A DNA stretch of 64,000 nt from Armatimonadota bacterium. Lineage in GTDB: Bacteria > Armatimonadota > UBA5829 > DTLH01. Numbering within the stretch: position 1 is the first letter of the stretch; the number at the start of each line of letters is the position of its first letter. Both the position numbers and the translations under genes were made by a program. The notes beneath the pieces were generated by a model. It was not told where the DNA came from, did not search any database, and worked only from the letters and a program-made list of their open reading frames with translations. The stretch is from NCBI GenBank assembly GCA_039679675.1, contig JBDKUN010000022.1, positions 1 through 64,000 of the forward strand, in the 5' to 3' direction. Positions 9,720 to 19,314 of this stretch are shown here, one piece after another.

Positions 9720-10514
9720 TTATCCTTTAAACGCTCCCATAAAGCGGAGGAGGATTGTTTCAAGAGACGGTACTGTGGATACGGCCACGGCTGAGACTGC
9801 AAAAATACCAAACAGGATGACCGCAATGATTATTGCTTTGCTGTAGTCTTGTCCAACAAGACTCCCTAAAAGCGTAGGTTCTCTTGACAGATACGCGCTT
9901 GCCGCGTAATACTCATCGCCGATGATCGTATAGTCACACGAAGCAATGAAGAACGGAATTTGTGTGATACATGGTGTGCCTGCGACCTGAATCGCTCCGA
10001 CGTGCTGGCCGTTTTCCGCCAGAATCAGGGACTCCGCAAAGAAGTTACCGAAGTAAAAAGCAGCGGAACATTTTTCCCTGTTCAGTATTCCGACAACGCC
10101 CGACGCATAAGCGAACTGGTCACCGGAAAGATACCGGACATCATCCGGGTTAAATGACTCACCGATACCTTCTGCCTCATAAGCATCCCGCGCGGCCTCT
10201 TCAGCAATAGAATAAAGTAGTGCATCTGCAGTAGGGACGATAATCCTCGCGCGATACTTTGCTGCAACCTTGATAATGTGAGACAGAATCGACAGCGACT
10301 GCAGCGAAACGATATCCAGTCCGCCAAGCCCGGTCGAATAAAGCATGGGCCGGCCCATCTCTGTTGCGCGTCCGACAGCTTCGTCTATAGCCGAAAGCCC
10401 TGGTATTCGCCGGATAAAAAGCTTTTTCCCAGCTCGCGCGGACAAGATTTTGTACAGTATGAGGAAAACAATAGTTCCCTCAAGCACATATACGGTCCAA
10501 TTAGCATGTGACAT
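9720..10514 (-). CDS. DUF6754-like membrane protein
   Basis: IRRIPGLSAIDEAVGRATEMGRP; QIPFFIASCDYTIIGDEYYAASAYLS (family recognised from memory). Confidence 0.7.
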   Translation of the reverse strand: MSHANWTVYVLEGTIVFLILYKILSARAGKKLFIRRIPGLSAIDEAVGRATEMGRPMLYSTGLGGLDIVSLQSLSILSHIIKVAAKYRARIIVPTADALLYSIAEEAARDAYEAEGIGESFNPDDVRYLSGDQFAYASGVVGILNREKCSAAFYFGNFFAESLILAENGQHVGAIQVAGTPCITQIPFFIASCDYTIIGDEYYAASAYLSREPTLLGSLVGQDYSKAIIIAVILFGIFAVSAVAVSTVPSLETILLRFMGAFKG

Positions 10515-10515
10515 G

Positions 10516-10830
10516 TTACTTCTGCGCGTCCTCCTTCTTCGCCAGATCGCGCTCCTCAGATAATTCCTCTATACGTTGGATCAAGCGCTCTATATTTTCA
10601 CGTTCTCTCAAGAAACGGCTGAACTTTGAAACCTTTTCGGGCCCCAAGAGCGGAGCCAGAAACGGCATCGCAACTATCATGCCCTGGCTGGCAATGAAAC
10701 TCAGCGGTTTGTGCATTTCCAAGAATAGCACGGCCGGTGTTTCGAGCCGTCTTTTTACAATCATAGCAGCAACTTCTTCGGCCAGTTGCTGCGCTTCTTC
10801 TTCACCTAACGGCTCGTCAATATTATCCAT
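10516..10830 (-). CDS. Hypothetical protein
   Basis: 104 aa; RRLETPAVLFLEMHKPL; 1-bp gap to the next gene, 8-bp overlap with the previous one. Confidence 0.7.
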   Translation of the reverse strand: MDNIDEPLGEEEAQQLAEEVAAMIVKRRLETPAVLFLEMHKPLSFIASQGMIVAMPFLAPLLGPEKVSKFSRFLRERENIERLIQRIEELSEERDLAKKEDAQK

Positions 10831-11284
10831 CTTTTGGTTTCAATCTGGTTACGGCAGCTATAACCTCTTCCCTATTGTCTCCGAAACGCAGGTAAACACC
10901 TCGATATGCTTCGAGCCGGGATGCCTTCGGAAGAGGACTGATCTTCACACCACTTTCGTCAATGTAGCACTTGCGTACATCCTCCCATGCCATCATACGC
11001 TTACCTGCCAGTGTATAAGCGGAGACATGTTTGGTGGTTATGACGAAAGTCATGGGTAAGAGGAAATCGGAAAGAGCACCGACAAGCACCAGCACTGTTA
11101 CAATGACCGCAATCGGGCTGCGGAACCAGACGCACGACAGCGCAGTCATCGCAATTATTGCGGCGATGACCACCATCAGCTTCCGTGGCTGCTCTTTTGC
11201 CAGGTGAACCTGCCAGCGGAGAACAACATCATTTTTAGTGCCGATAGAATCGGTAAAAGATGTACTCACGTAGTAAAACAACAC
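10823..11284 (-). CDS. Small membrane protein (2 TM + PH-like domain)
   Basis: Two hydrophobic helices followed by a beta-rich domain; first gene after a consensus promoter; start codon uncertain. Confidence 0.62.
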   Translation of the reverse strand: MLFYYVSTSFTDSIGTKNDVVLRWQVHLAKEQPRKLMVVIAAIIAMTALSCVWFRSPIAVIVTVLVLVGALSDFLLPMTFVITTKHVSAYTLAGKRMMAWEDVRKCYIDESGVKISPLPKASRLEAYRGVYLRFGDNREEVIAAVTRLKPKDG

Positions 11285-11334
11285 TCAAGACGATAGCCAT
11301 ACACGGAATATCTACTCGTGCAGGTATTGCCGAC

Positions 11335-11363
11335 ATTATAGTAGAGGTGAAGTACACTGTCAA
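11335..11363 (-). promoter_or_regulatory. Consensus sigma70 promoter
   Basis: Minus strand reads TTGACA-N17-TATAAT, upstream of the 11284-6594 operon. Confidence 0.8.
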
Positions 11364-11577
11364 GCAAACAGACGGCTAAAAAAGTATAGTTGGGATGCGG
11401 AATACGGAATAAGAAATGCGGTATAAAAGGGAAGATGCGGAGATTTCCACCGCTCATCTCGTATAACTCATGGGCCGCAACTCTCTATTGAACGGCAATG
11501 TGGACTGCGGTAGTGCGACTCATGAGTACTGTGCGTTTTACGCAGCCATCAAATGCTTTATTGTCAGAGGAGTGGAT

Positions 11578-12171
11578 ATGAAAAGATTATTCGCCATAAT
11601 GACAGTCCTAATAATCGTCGCAGCAATTCCGGTTATGGGACAGGCTCAAGATGAGGGATCCAAGCCGCCTCCTGAGATTCCTGCACCGGCTGGAGCCACC
11701 GTTACGACGGAAATGAACGTCACAAGAGATCAGATAATGGATCTTCTCCCCATGTATCTCAACCAGTCCTACCCCGACCTGCAAATCGACCCAGAAAAGC
11801 TGGATAAGGCACTTGGCACGGTCGAGCGTGTGCAGTTTGCCGAAATGAAGCTGAATGGGAAGTATACGGCCGCCGATACGCTCGCGCTTTTCGAGAAAAA
11901 AGTCGACGGCAATCGTGTTATTTACAACTGCGGCAAAGATACACCTGAATCCGGGATGCTTATCCTGGCGCTGCCGCAGAACAGCGGCTATTTCGCCGTT
12001 GCGATAAAAGCCGAGAAGAACAAAAGCAATAAGACCACCGGCGCGGAAATAAAAGCGATAAGGATATCCGGCTGTCCGGACATAGCTAAAGTTATAGAAC
12101 TAATCGCACCGGCAATTCCGCAAGTAATAGGTAAAGGTTTCGGGGAATTCACTTGCGAATTGCTGAAATAG
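11578..12171 (+). CDS. Exported hypothetical protein (paralogue 1)
   Basis: AGAGGAG RBS before ATG 11578; signal peptide; shares PEIPAPAGAT with the next gene. Confidence 0.7.
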   Translation: MKRLFAIMTVLIIVAAIPVMGQAQDEGSKPPPEIPAPAGATVTTEMNVTRDQIMDLLPMYLNQSYPDLQIDPEKLDKALGTVERVQFAEMKLNGKYTAADTLALFEKKVDGNRVIYNCGKDTPESGMLILALPQNSGYFAVAIKAEKNKSNKTTGAEIKAIRISGCPDIAKVIELIAPAIPQVIGKGFGEFTCELLK

Positions 12172-12203
12172 ACCATCATTATTTCAGAGGAGAAAGACAA
12201 GAA

Positions 12204-12863
12204 ATGAAAAAGACGGTATTGATCACGATTGCTTTCGCACTGCTTGCGGCGGCGTCATATGCCCAGCAGCCCGAAATCCCCGCTCCAGCTGGAGCAACAC
12301 TGATTACTGAGATCAACCTGAGCGATTCGGACATACTGGGAATGATCAAACAGGCCCTCCCTGCATTTGCACAGGCCTTCACCAGCACACCTGGGGAAGT
12401 CAACAATTTTGTAAAACAGCTCGACATCGACAGCTTCTCCGCTGCAATTGAGGGAATACATCAGGTGCGCATCCTTCAGTTCGATATTCCCAAAACCGCC
12501 AACACTGCAAAAATGTTCGATTTCTACCAAGAAAAGTTCTCCGCTGATAACGGCTGGTCAAGGATCGTCTATGACATCTCGATGGCGCCGGCAAAAGCAG
12601 GGGCTGTTTATACTCATGGCGGGCAGGAATATCTCGCCGTCGGGGTTGACGCTAAAGCAAACAGGCTGTTTGTCGCAAGGACTGTCGGGTTTGTAGATGT
12701 GCCCAAACTTGCGGCATGGTTCGGAAATGCGGTCAAAGCATACTTCCAGATAGCAGATACTCAGCAGACAATAAAGTCCAAACCTGAGCAGAAACAACCG
12801 CCAAAAACTGTATCACCTGCAAAGAAAACTGCTCCGGCTCCAAAAGCTCCGGTCAAGAAGTAA
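12204..12863 (+). CDS. Exported hypothetical protein (paralogue 2)
   Basis: RBS before ATG 12204; signal peptide; PEIPAPAGAT; K/P/A-rich tail. Confidence 0.7.
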   Translation: MKKTVLITIAFALLAAASYAQQPEIPAPAGATLITEINLSDSDILGMIKQALPAFAQAFTSTPGEVNNFVKQLDIDSFSAAIEGIHQVRILQFDIPKTANTAKMFDFYQEKFSADNGWSRIVYDISMAPAKAGAVYTHGGQEYLAVGVDAKANRLFVARTVGFVDVPKLAAWFGNAVKAYFQIADTQQTIKSKPEQKQPPKTVSPAKKTAPAPKAPVKK

Positions 12864-12886
12864 GAAAAGACTCCGGAATAGGGTTA

Positions 12887-12970
12887 GTGGAGACTCGTGC
12901 TTCGGGACTGCGGTTCATCCCGAAGCACACTTTCCACCAATCTCTTTGGAGTGCGGAAGCATCAGGTTCC
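12887..12970. repeat. Palindromic repeat (family B)
   Basis: GTGCTTCGGGA...TCCCGAAGCAC + CCACCAATCTCTTTGGAGTGCGG; relatives at 17367, 19384, 22364, 23737, 48143. Confidence 0.8.
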
Positions 12971-13507
12971 CTACAAAAGACTTTCAGCCACGAATCTATG
13001 GACGACAGCCCGGAAACGGCCCCAGTCAAGCCAGCGGCCGGGAAGATTTTCGAGCCGGTCGGCGACATTCTTGAGTTCACTGGTCGAAACCTCGGTAAAC
13101 CCGGTAATCTGCTCGCTGTCATCGTGGGGCACAGGTTTTTCGGGCATCTCTTTCGCCAGATAGATATTTGAAGTAAACTCAACCGGCTCTTCATTTCCGC
13201 ATTTCAACCTGTGTATAATCACGCCGAGGCTGCGGTCCAAGCGGCCTTCAGTTCCAAGCTCCTCAGTAAACTCTCGGTGGAATGCTTGAAGCGGGTCTTC
13301 TTCAGGCAGCAGCCTACCGGTAGGCAACCTGTATGTTTCTTTCGGGTAGAACGACTTCGTGTGAAGTAATATTCCCCCACCCGGTCGAGGCACAACAAGC
13401 ACGACTTCACCCGATGAGCCGGATTCCCTTATCTTTTGCCGGAATTCCTGAAGAAACTGCCGACTTACATCAAGCTCGACATACCGGCATGCAGGCATCC
13501 TGCTCAC
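12971..13507 (-). CDS. NUDIX hydrolase
   Basis: G-x5-E-x7-REFTEELG Nudix box. Confidence 0.82.
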   Translation of the reverse strand: MSRMPACRYVELDVSRQFLQEFRQKIRESGSSGEVVLVVPRPGGGILLHTKSFYPKETYRLPTGRLLPEEDPLQAFHREFTEELGTEGRLDRSLGVIIHRLKCGNEEPVEFTSNIYLAKEMPEKPVPHDDSEQITGFTEVSTSELKNVADRLENLPGRWLDWGRFRAVVHRFVAESLL

Positions 13508-14310
13508 AAAACTCCTCTTTCTTCCACATAATGAGAATATAATAGTTCGATGTAGTCTACATATTTGAACGGCGGAGAAGGCAACGGCATACCCAGCCGC
13601 GTCATTATCGGCTGCGCCATCTGGGCTGCCAGATGCTCTTGTATATCATCCTTCAGTGCAGCACGCCGTTCCACGAACCGCTTGATAGCTTCAATCTCAC
13701 TTTTGTCCAAAAGCTGGGCATCGACCATGAACGCCGCTTCGCGGGTATCGGCTACAAAAGTTTTTGCGGGAGCTGCTGCCGGAACACTCGGAATACTCAC
13801 GGTGCTTGGAGAACGCTCCTTGACAACGATCGTTCCTGCTGCGTAATCGCCGAGCCGCTTATACATCGGGCTGAAGAGGATGAAAAACAGGCTGATTACG
13901 TATGATCCGAGGGCAAACTCAAATATACGGATGATGTTGCGGATGCTCGCGCTGGCAAAATCGACCGGCGCTCCTCCCTCCTTGATAACGCGAAGTCCCA
14001 GCCATTTTTTTCCCGGTGTCTGACCGTTTTGCGTCGTTTCAAAAAAGATAAAGTATCCGGTAAAGATCAAAAACGACACGATAATCGCCAGTGCAATCCA
14101 GATATCTGCCAGAACTGGCAGTTGAGTCATGCCGCCTCCCGGCCCACTGGTTAAACTCAATATCAGAACCCAAATCAAGCCTAAAACAACGAAAAAACCG
14201 ATTTGTACAAGCAGGTCAGCCAGCTGCGCTGCCGCACGCGAACCGAGCCCGGCCAATTCATACTCTATCGTGACATTTTCCGGTGTGACTACAGTGATTT
14301 CTCTTGACAA
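13504..14310 (-). CDS. RDD family membrane protein
   Basis: TPENV...LAGLGSR..AQLAD, GQTPGK, KRLGDYAAGTIVV. Confidence 0.88.
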   Translation of the reverse strand: MSREITVVTPENVTIEYELAGLGSRAAAQLADLLVQIGFFVVLGLIWVLILSLTSGPGGGMTQLPVLADIWIALAIIVSFLIFTGYFIFFETTQNGQTPGKKWLGLRVIKEGGAPVDFASASIRNIIRIFEFALGSYVISLFFILFSPMYKRLGDYAAGTIVVKERSPSTVSIPSVPAAAPAKTFVADTREAAFMVDAQLLDKSEIEAIKRFVERRAALKDDIQEHLAAQMAQPIMTRLGMPLPSPPFKYVDYIELLYSHYVEERGVL

Positions 14311-14351
14311 TTTGATTGCACCTCTGGCTGCTTTAGCTGTATAATCCGTTT

Positions 14352-15317
14352 GTGGACGAGCGAGCGTTTATAGAAAGAAGGCGGCCTGAGTGGGAACACC
14401 TCGCGGAACTACTTCGCAGGACCTCCACTCGCGGCGGACTCCAATCTCTTTCCGGTTCCGATCTTTCGGATATCGGCAAGCTATACAGGCGCGTGACTTC
14501 CGACCTGTCTTATGTTAAATCCAACTCTGTAAACGATGAGTTGATCATATATCTAAACGAACTTGCCGGCCGCGCTCACGGGGTTCTGTATATAGATCAG
14601 TCCACCGATGGTCTTCACTCAGTAATTCAATTTCTTCTTCGAGGGTTCCCAATCCTCTTTCGTGCAAAGAAAAGATTTATGGCAATAGCTGCGGCGTTGA
14701 TGATATTGTCGTGTATTTTTTCGGCGGCAATCGTCGCGCATGACTCAAGAACCGCTGGCTATTTTATTCCGACCAGTTTTCAGGACGCTGGCAGAAACAG
14801 CGTTCGCCCTGACAATGAGCTGCCCGCTTCATTCTCAAGCTTTCTTATGACCCATAATATCCAGGTCAGCCTTTTCGCATTTGCAGGAGGAATCTCGTTT
14901 GGGATCTTTACAGCCTTCGCATTGATCCAAAACGGCCTGATGCTCGGTGCATTTCTCATTAAACCCTACCCGTTCCTGAAGGACCCTCTGGACATAATAG
15001 CCTTTCTGTTTCCGCACGGTTTCATCGAGCTTACAGCGATAGCAATTGCGGGAGGAGCCGGTCTGATGCTGGGCTGGTCGCTGATCGCACCAGGCAACCT
15101 GACGCGCTGGGACTCACTAAGAAAAGCCTCCAGCGAAGCCATACCGCTTATGGGCGGTGTGGTAGCAATGCTCGTAGTTGCAGGCTGCATAGAAAGCTTC
15201 GTATCCAGGACATCCGTTCCGCGCGGCCTCCAGCTTACCGTAGCAGCGGTATCTGCCGTTTTGCTGGTTGTATACTTCGGATTTGCAGGGCGCAGGGAGA
15301 CTAAGGCTTCCAGGTAA
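14352..15317 (+). CDS. SpoIIM (stage II sporulation protein M) family membrane protein
   Basis: LYRRVTSDLS, HNIQVS, PHGFIEL; usual divergent partner of RDD genes. Confidence 0.85.
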   Translation: MDERAFIERRRPEWEHLAELLRRTSTRGGLQSLSGSDLSDIGKLYRRVTSDLSYVKSNSVNDELIIYLNELAGRAHGVLYIDQSTDGLHSVIQFLLRGFPILFRAKKRFMAIAAALMILSCIFSAAIVAHDSRTAGYFIPTSFQDAGRNSVRPDNELPASFSSFLMTHNIQVSLFAFAGGISFGIFTAFALIQNGLMLGAFLIKPYPFLKDPLDIIAFLFPHGFIELTAIAIAGGAGLMLGWSLIAPGNLTRWDSLRKASSEAIPLMGGVVAMLVVAGCIESFVSRTSVPRGLQLTVAAVSAVLLVVYFGFAGRRETKASR

Positions 15318-15867
15318 GGTAAATCATGCATTCTTCATAATGGCAGTCCGGATGGACCATCCAGCCCGATATAGTGAAACCCTGAGACAGGTAGAACTTC
15401 ACGGCCGGATAATAATCGAACCCGGTCCAAAGGCTGACCAGCGATTTCCCTGAGTTCACACAATAGCACTTCACAGTTTTGAGCAACTCCCGGCCGATAC
15501 CTTTTCCCCGCGCTTCCCTGTCCACAGCTATCGTTGCAAGCATATACTCGCCCGGCTTCGCCATGCAGAAAGGGATATCTCTGACAAGCGGCATACAACA
15601 AGCAGCTCCGACTATCCGTCCACCGTCCTCAGCGGCAAGAAACAGGTCGTAGCGGTCATACTCGTCATGGTATCTCATTGCAGCATTGGATGAGGTGCTG
15701 CCAAAAATCGGAGGCATGACTTCTTTCGGTGGATCGGCATCAACAGTCACAAGGTGAGGTTCGAAAGGATTACTGTATTCGATCTTGTAGGTCTTGCTGG
15801 TAACAAATGACGGATCGATCTCAGCCAAACGATGGCATTCGTCAGCGCCCAAGTTGCGAATAATCAT
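15301..15867 (-). CDS. GNAT family N-acetyltransferase
   Basis: IAVDREARGKGIGRELL motif A; AVKFYLSQGF. Confidence 0.85.
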   Translation of the reverse strand: MIIRNLGADECHRLAEIDPSFVTSKTYKIEYSNPFEPHLVTVDADPPKEVMPPIFGSTSSNAAMRYHDEYDRYDLFLAAEDGGRIVGAACCMPLVRDIPFCMAKPGEYMLATIAVDREARGKGIGRELLKTVKCYCVNSGKSLVSLWTGFDYYPAVKFYLSQGFTISGWMVHPDCHYEECMIYLTWKP

Positions 15868-17315
15868 AGCATTAGTCTCCAGACGGCATCGGTAAAAGCC
15901 TGTGTGCTGTTCGGAAAAAGAAAAAGCCAGATTGTTGCTATTACTGCAATGCCGATGACTATCGCAACCGGCACCGGTACGTTGACTGCGGGCTCGCTTT
16001 CATGTTTCTCCATAAACATTATGACCGTTATCCGCAGGTAAAAATAGGCTGATATTATAGTCGTTATTATGGCAACTATCAAGAGCCCAGTTAATTTTGC
16101 ATTAACAGCAGCCATAAAAATATATATTTTTGCCGTAAAGCCGGATGTTGGCGGCAGCCCTGCAAGTGCGAACATAAACACAGCCATAGAGCCTGCAAGG
16201 AGCGGATTTCGCCAGAAAAGACCGCTGTAATTATGAATTCCTGTAGCTTCTTCGCCTTTTTTCGTGACAGCCGTTACCACCGCCCACGCGCCGAGGTTCA
16301 TAAATGCATAAGCGATCAGATAGAACGGGATGCTTTGAATGCCAAATTGATTGGCCGATGCTACCGCGACCAGTATATAGCCTGCATGAGCGATACTTGA
16401 GTAAGCAAGCATCCTTTTTATGTTGTCCTGCGCGATTGCAACGACATTTCCTATGATCATCGTAAGCGCAGCTACCGCCCAGATGGCAGCAAGCCAGACA
16501 CCGCTCAAATCGCTGAAAGTGAAGACGAGAATACGCGTAAGCGCGGCAAACGCCGCCGCTTTTGTGGCAACGGACATATATGCCGTGACCGGTGACGGTG
16601 CACCTTCGTAAACGTCCGGTGTCCACATCTGAAATGGTACCGCTGCTACCTTGAATGCGAGCCCTACCAGTATCAAACCTGCCCCTGCGAGGAGAATCGG
16701 GTTGCCTGGCATTCCCCGTGAGGCAAGAACAGATGCAACACCCCGCATATCGGTAGTGCCGGTCGCTCCATAGATGAGCGCGACACCGTATATTAAGATC
16801 GCTGCCGAGAATGAGCCCAGCAGAAAGTATTTCATCCCCGCTTCCTGCGACCTCTGCCGCCCGGTTGCAAAGCCTGCCATAATATAGAGCGCAATCGACA
16901 GTATCTCCAGGCTGAGAAAAACCATAATCAGGTTGGCACTCGATGCCAGAAAGAGCATTCCGACGGTGGAAAGAAGCATAAGCGAGTAGTACTCGCCCTG
17001 TTGGAACTCCTCGCGCCTCGCATAATCGACAGAGAGCAGTATGGCAAGCGCAGCGGCAGTCAGAATCACCATTTTGACAAGCTCAGAGAAGTTGTCTGCA
17101 ATGAGCATCCCCCCGAACCCAGAAAGATGCCGTCCCCACATAAAGCCGACTGCCACAAGCCCGGCGATGCACCCGATGAGCGCAACCCACGGAGAAGCCT
17201 TATCCGACGCGCGCTTGGCAAAGGCGTCCAGCATCAAAATGATCGCAGCTGTGACGATGAGGATAATCTCAGGGATTACAACAACCCAGTCCGCCGCGCT
17301 GAAAGGAATCCTCAT
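15864..17315 (-). CDS. nuoN: NADH-quinone oxidoreductase subunit N
   Basis: EAGMKYFLLG, FKVAAVPFQMWTPDVYEGAP, KRMLAYSSIAHAGY. Confidence 0.95.
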   Translation of the reverse strand: MRIPFSAADWVVVIPEIILIVTAAIILMLDAFAKRASDKASPWVALIGCIAGLVAVGFMWGRHLSGFGGMLIADNFSELVKMVILTAAALAILLSVDYARREEFQQGEYYSLMLLSTVGMLFLASSANLIMVFLSLEILSIALYIMAGFATGRQRSQEAGMKYFLLGSFSAAILIYGVALIYGATGTTDMRGVASVLASRGMPGNPILLAGAGLILVGLAFKVAAVPFQMWTPDVYEGAPSPVTAYMSVATKAAAFAALTRILVFTFSDLSGVWLAAIWAVAALTMIIGNVVAIAQDNIKRMLAYSSIAHAGYILVAVASANQFGIQSIPFYLIAYAFMNLGAWAVVTAVTKKGEEATGIHNYSGLFWRNPLLAGSMAVFMFALAGLPPTSGFTAKIYIFMAAVNAKLTGLLIVAIITTIISAYFYLRITVIMFMEKHESEPAVNVPVPVAIVIGIAVIATIWLFLFPNSTQAFTDAVWRLML

Positions 17316-19291
17316 CGTTCTACACCCTTTTCTTCGGAGGTCACGGGGTGTAGGTATGCTTCTGATTGGTGGAGGACCGTGCTTCGGGACGGACTGCGGT
17401 CCCGAAGCATATTAAGTTTCTCGACACCTGCGGTGTCGGCTTCGGCAGCAAGCAGTCCGAAGCAACTAGCGATCACAACGTCATTCCGAGCTTGACTCGG
17501 AATCAATTTTGGAATGGGCTCTGAATCAAGTTCAGAGTGACGTGGGGGAAATGGACCCTGAATCAAGTTCAGGGTGACGTGGTTGTCGTTTTTTGCATCG
17601 GACTGCTTGCTGCCGATGCGGGCCGATAGGCCCAATACGGAGGATACTTCGGCGCGCGTAGTTTGCGCCGAAGCCAGCTTTTGGGATTGGTGGAAACTCG
17701 TGCTTCTCCCCGTGATCCGGTAGGTCCACGGGTTAGCACGTAGACTGGCCACTACTTCTTTCACTCCAAGTTTCTGTTCCTTGTTCCCTCTCACCTGTTC
17801 CCTGTTTCTCACGGCTTCCATCACTCTTCCTGCTGATGCTTCCGTTCTCGAAAGAACTGTACCTGGAAAAGCACCCAACAGAATGATGAAGAGTATTACT
17901 GGCGTGAGGACGAATATTTCCCGAACCGTAAGATCGCGCATACTGCGTATTGCGGGCTTTTCGGTTGGCCCCTGCATCACATTGCCGTAGAGCCACAGTA
18001 TGTAAATCGTGGAGAGCACGACTCCACTTGCCGTAAGCGCGGCATATATCCAGTTTCTGGCTAAAAACGTGCCGACTACCACTAGAAACTCGCCAGGGAA
18101 GTTCGATAGGCCCGGAAGCCCAAGTGATGCGAGAGCTGCAAGCATGAAGAATCCGCCGAGTACGGGCATCACCTTCCAAACGCCGCCGAAATCGGCCATC
18201 AACCGGCTGTGCCGTCGGTCATAGAGGATTCCGACAACAAGAAACATCGCGCCTGTAGCAAGCCCGTGGGCAATCATCAGGAGGAGCGCGCCCTGAATCC
18301 CCTGTATATTGAATGCGAATATCCCCATTACGACGAACCCAAGGTGGCTTACGCTAGAATATGCCACAAGCCGCTTTACATCCGGCTGAGCGAAGGCTAC
18401 AAGCGCTCCGTAGATGATCCCGATTATCCCGAGCACGATAAGCAGCGGTGCAAAGTATACCGCTGCTAACGGGAAAAGCGGCAGGCAGAACCTGAGGAAC
18501 CCGTAAGCCCCCATTTTGAGAAGAATTCCCGCCAGAATGACGCTTCCGGCGGTCGGAGCCTCTGTGTGGGCGTCAGGAAGCCACGTGTGAAGCGGAAAAA
18601 TCGGTATTTTGATCGCAAATGCGAGGCCGAATGCCCCGAACAGCCAGAATTGGATATTTCTGGCTATCGGCCCGGCAGATGTCAGCTCTAAAAGATCGAA
18701 AGTTACACCGGTAGGGTTTTGGAACCCCAGATATATGATCGCAACGAGCATTAAGAGGCTTCCGACCAGGGTGTAGATGAAGAACTTGATCGAAGCGTAA
18801 ATCCGGTTTTGATACCCCCAGACCCCGATTATAAAATACATCAGAATCAGCATTGCGTCCCAAAAAACGTAAAAAAGTATCAAGTCGAGCGAGACGAACA
18901 CGCCGATCATCGCTCCAAGGAGAATCAAAAGTGAAAAATAGAACTCCCTTGCGTGATCGGTGATGCTCCTCCATGACGCAAGCATCGCAACAGGCACCAA
19001 GAAAGTAGTAAGGAGCACCAGAAACAGGCTGATTCCATCTATTCCAACGTGGTAGTTGATGGCAAATCGAGCCGTTTTGACCCACGGGACAACCTGCTGG
19101 AACTGCATCCCGGTGGTTTTGAGGTCGAACCAGAAAAACAGCGGGACCGCTATAGCAAACGTTACCACGGCTGCCGCAAGCGAGAACCAGCGGATGAGCG
19201 CATCGAACCGTCTCGGTATGAGAAGCACCATTATGCTCGCCGCTACCGGCAGAAAGATCAGTATAGATAGTATGTTGTCTCTTATAAACAT
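17312..19291 (-). CDS. nuoM: NADH-quinone oxidoreductase subunit M with repeat-derived C-terminal extension
   Basis: GIDGISL, FPLHTWLPDAHTEAPT, LVAYSSVSHLG; core ends near aa 495 and ~165 extra aa follow. Confidence 0.93.
   Translation of the reverse strand: MFIRDNILSILIFLPVAASIMVLLIPRRFDALIRWFSLAAAVVTFAIAVPLFFWFDLKTTGMQFQQVVPWVKTARFAINYHVGIDGISLFLVLLTTFLVPVAMLASWRSITDHAREFYFSLLILLGAMIGVFVSLDLILFYVFWDAMLILMYFIIGVWGYQNRIYASIKFFIYTLVGSLLMLVAIIYLGFQNPTGVTFDLLELTSAGPIARNIQFWLFGAFGLAFAIKIPIFPLHTWLPDAHTEAPTAGSVILAGILLKMGAYGFLRFCLPLFPLAAVYFAPLLIVLGIIGIIYGALVAFAQPDVKRLVAYSSVSHLGFVVMGIFAFNIQGIQGALLLMIAHGLATGAMFLVVGILYDRRHSRLMADFGGVWKVMPVLGGFFMLAALASLGLPGLSNFPGEFLVVVGTFLARNWIYAALTASGVVLSTIYILWLYGNVMQGPTEKPAIRSMRDLTVREIFVLTPVILFIILLGAFPGTVLSRTEASAGRVMEAVRNREQVRGNKEQKLGVKEVVASLRANPWTYRITGRSTSFHQSQKLASAQTTRAEVSSVLGLSARIGSKQSDAKNDNHVTLNLIQGPFPPRHSELDSEPIPKLIPSQARNDVVIASCFGLLAAEADTAGVEKLNMLRDRSPSRSTVLHQSEAYLHPVTSEEKGVER
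17367..17810. repeat. Stacked repeat cluster inside the 3' end of nuoM
   Basis: Family B 17367-17410, D 17422-17464 and 17595-17619, A 17479-17579, E 17646-17673, F 17700-17733, 7-mer tract ~17770-17810; each has intergenic copies elsewhere in the window. Confidence 0.88.
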
Positions 19292-19314
19292 AGTTATTTA
19301 GAAAAGCAGTCTCT

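Noticed and set aside
14352..15317. Sporulation capacity inferred from the SpoIIM-family gene
   Set aside because: The family is widespread in non-sporulating bacteria next to RDD genes; no other sporulation genes are here.
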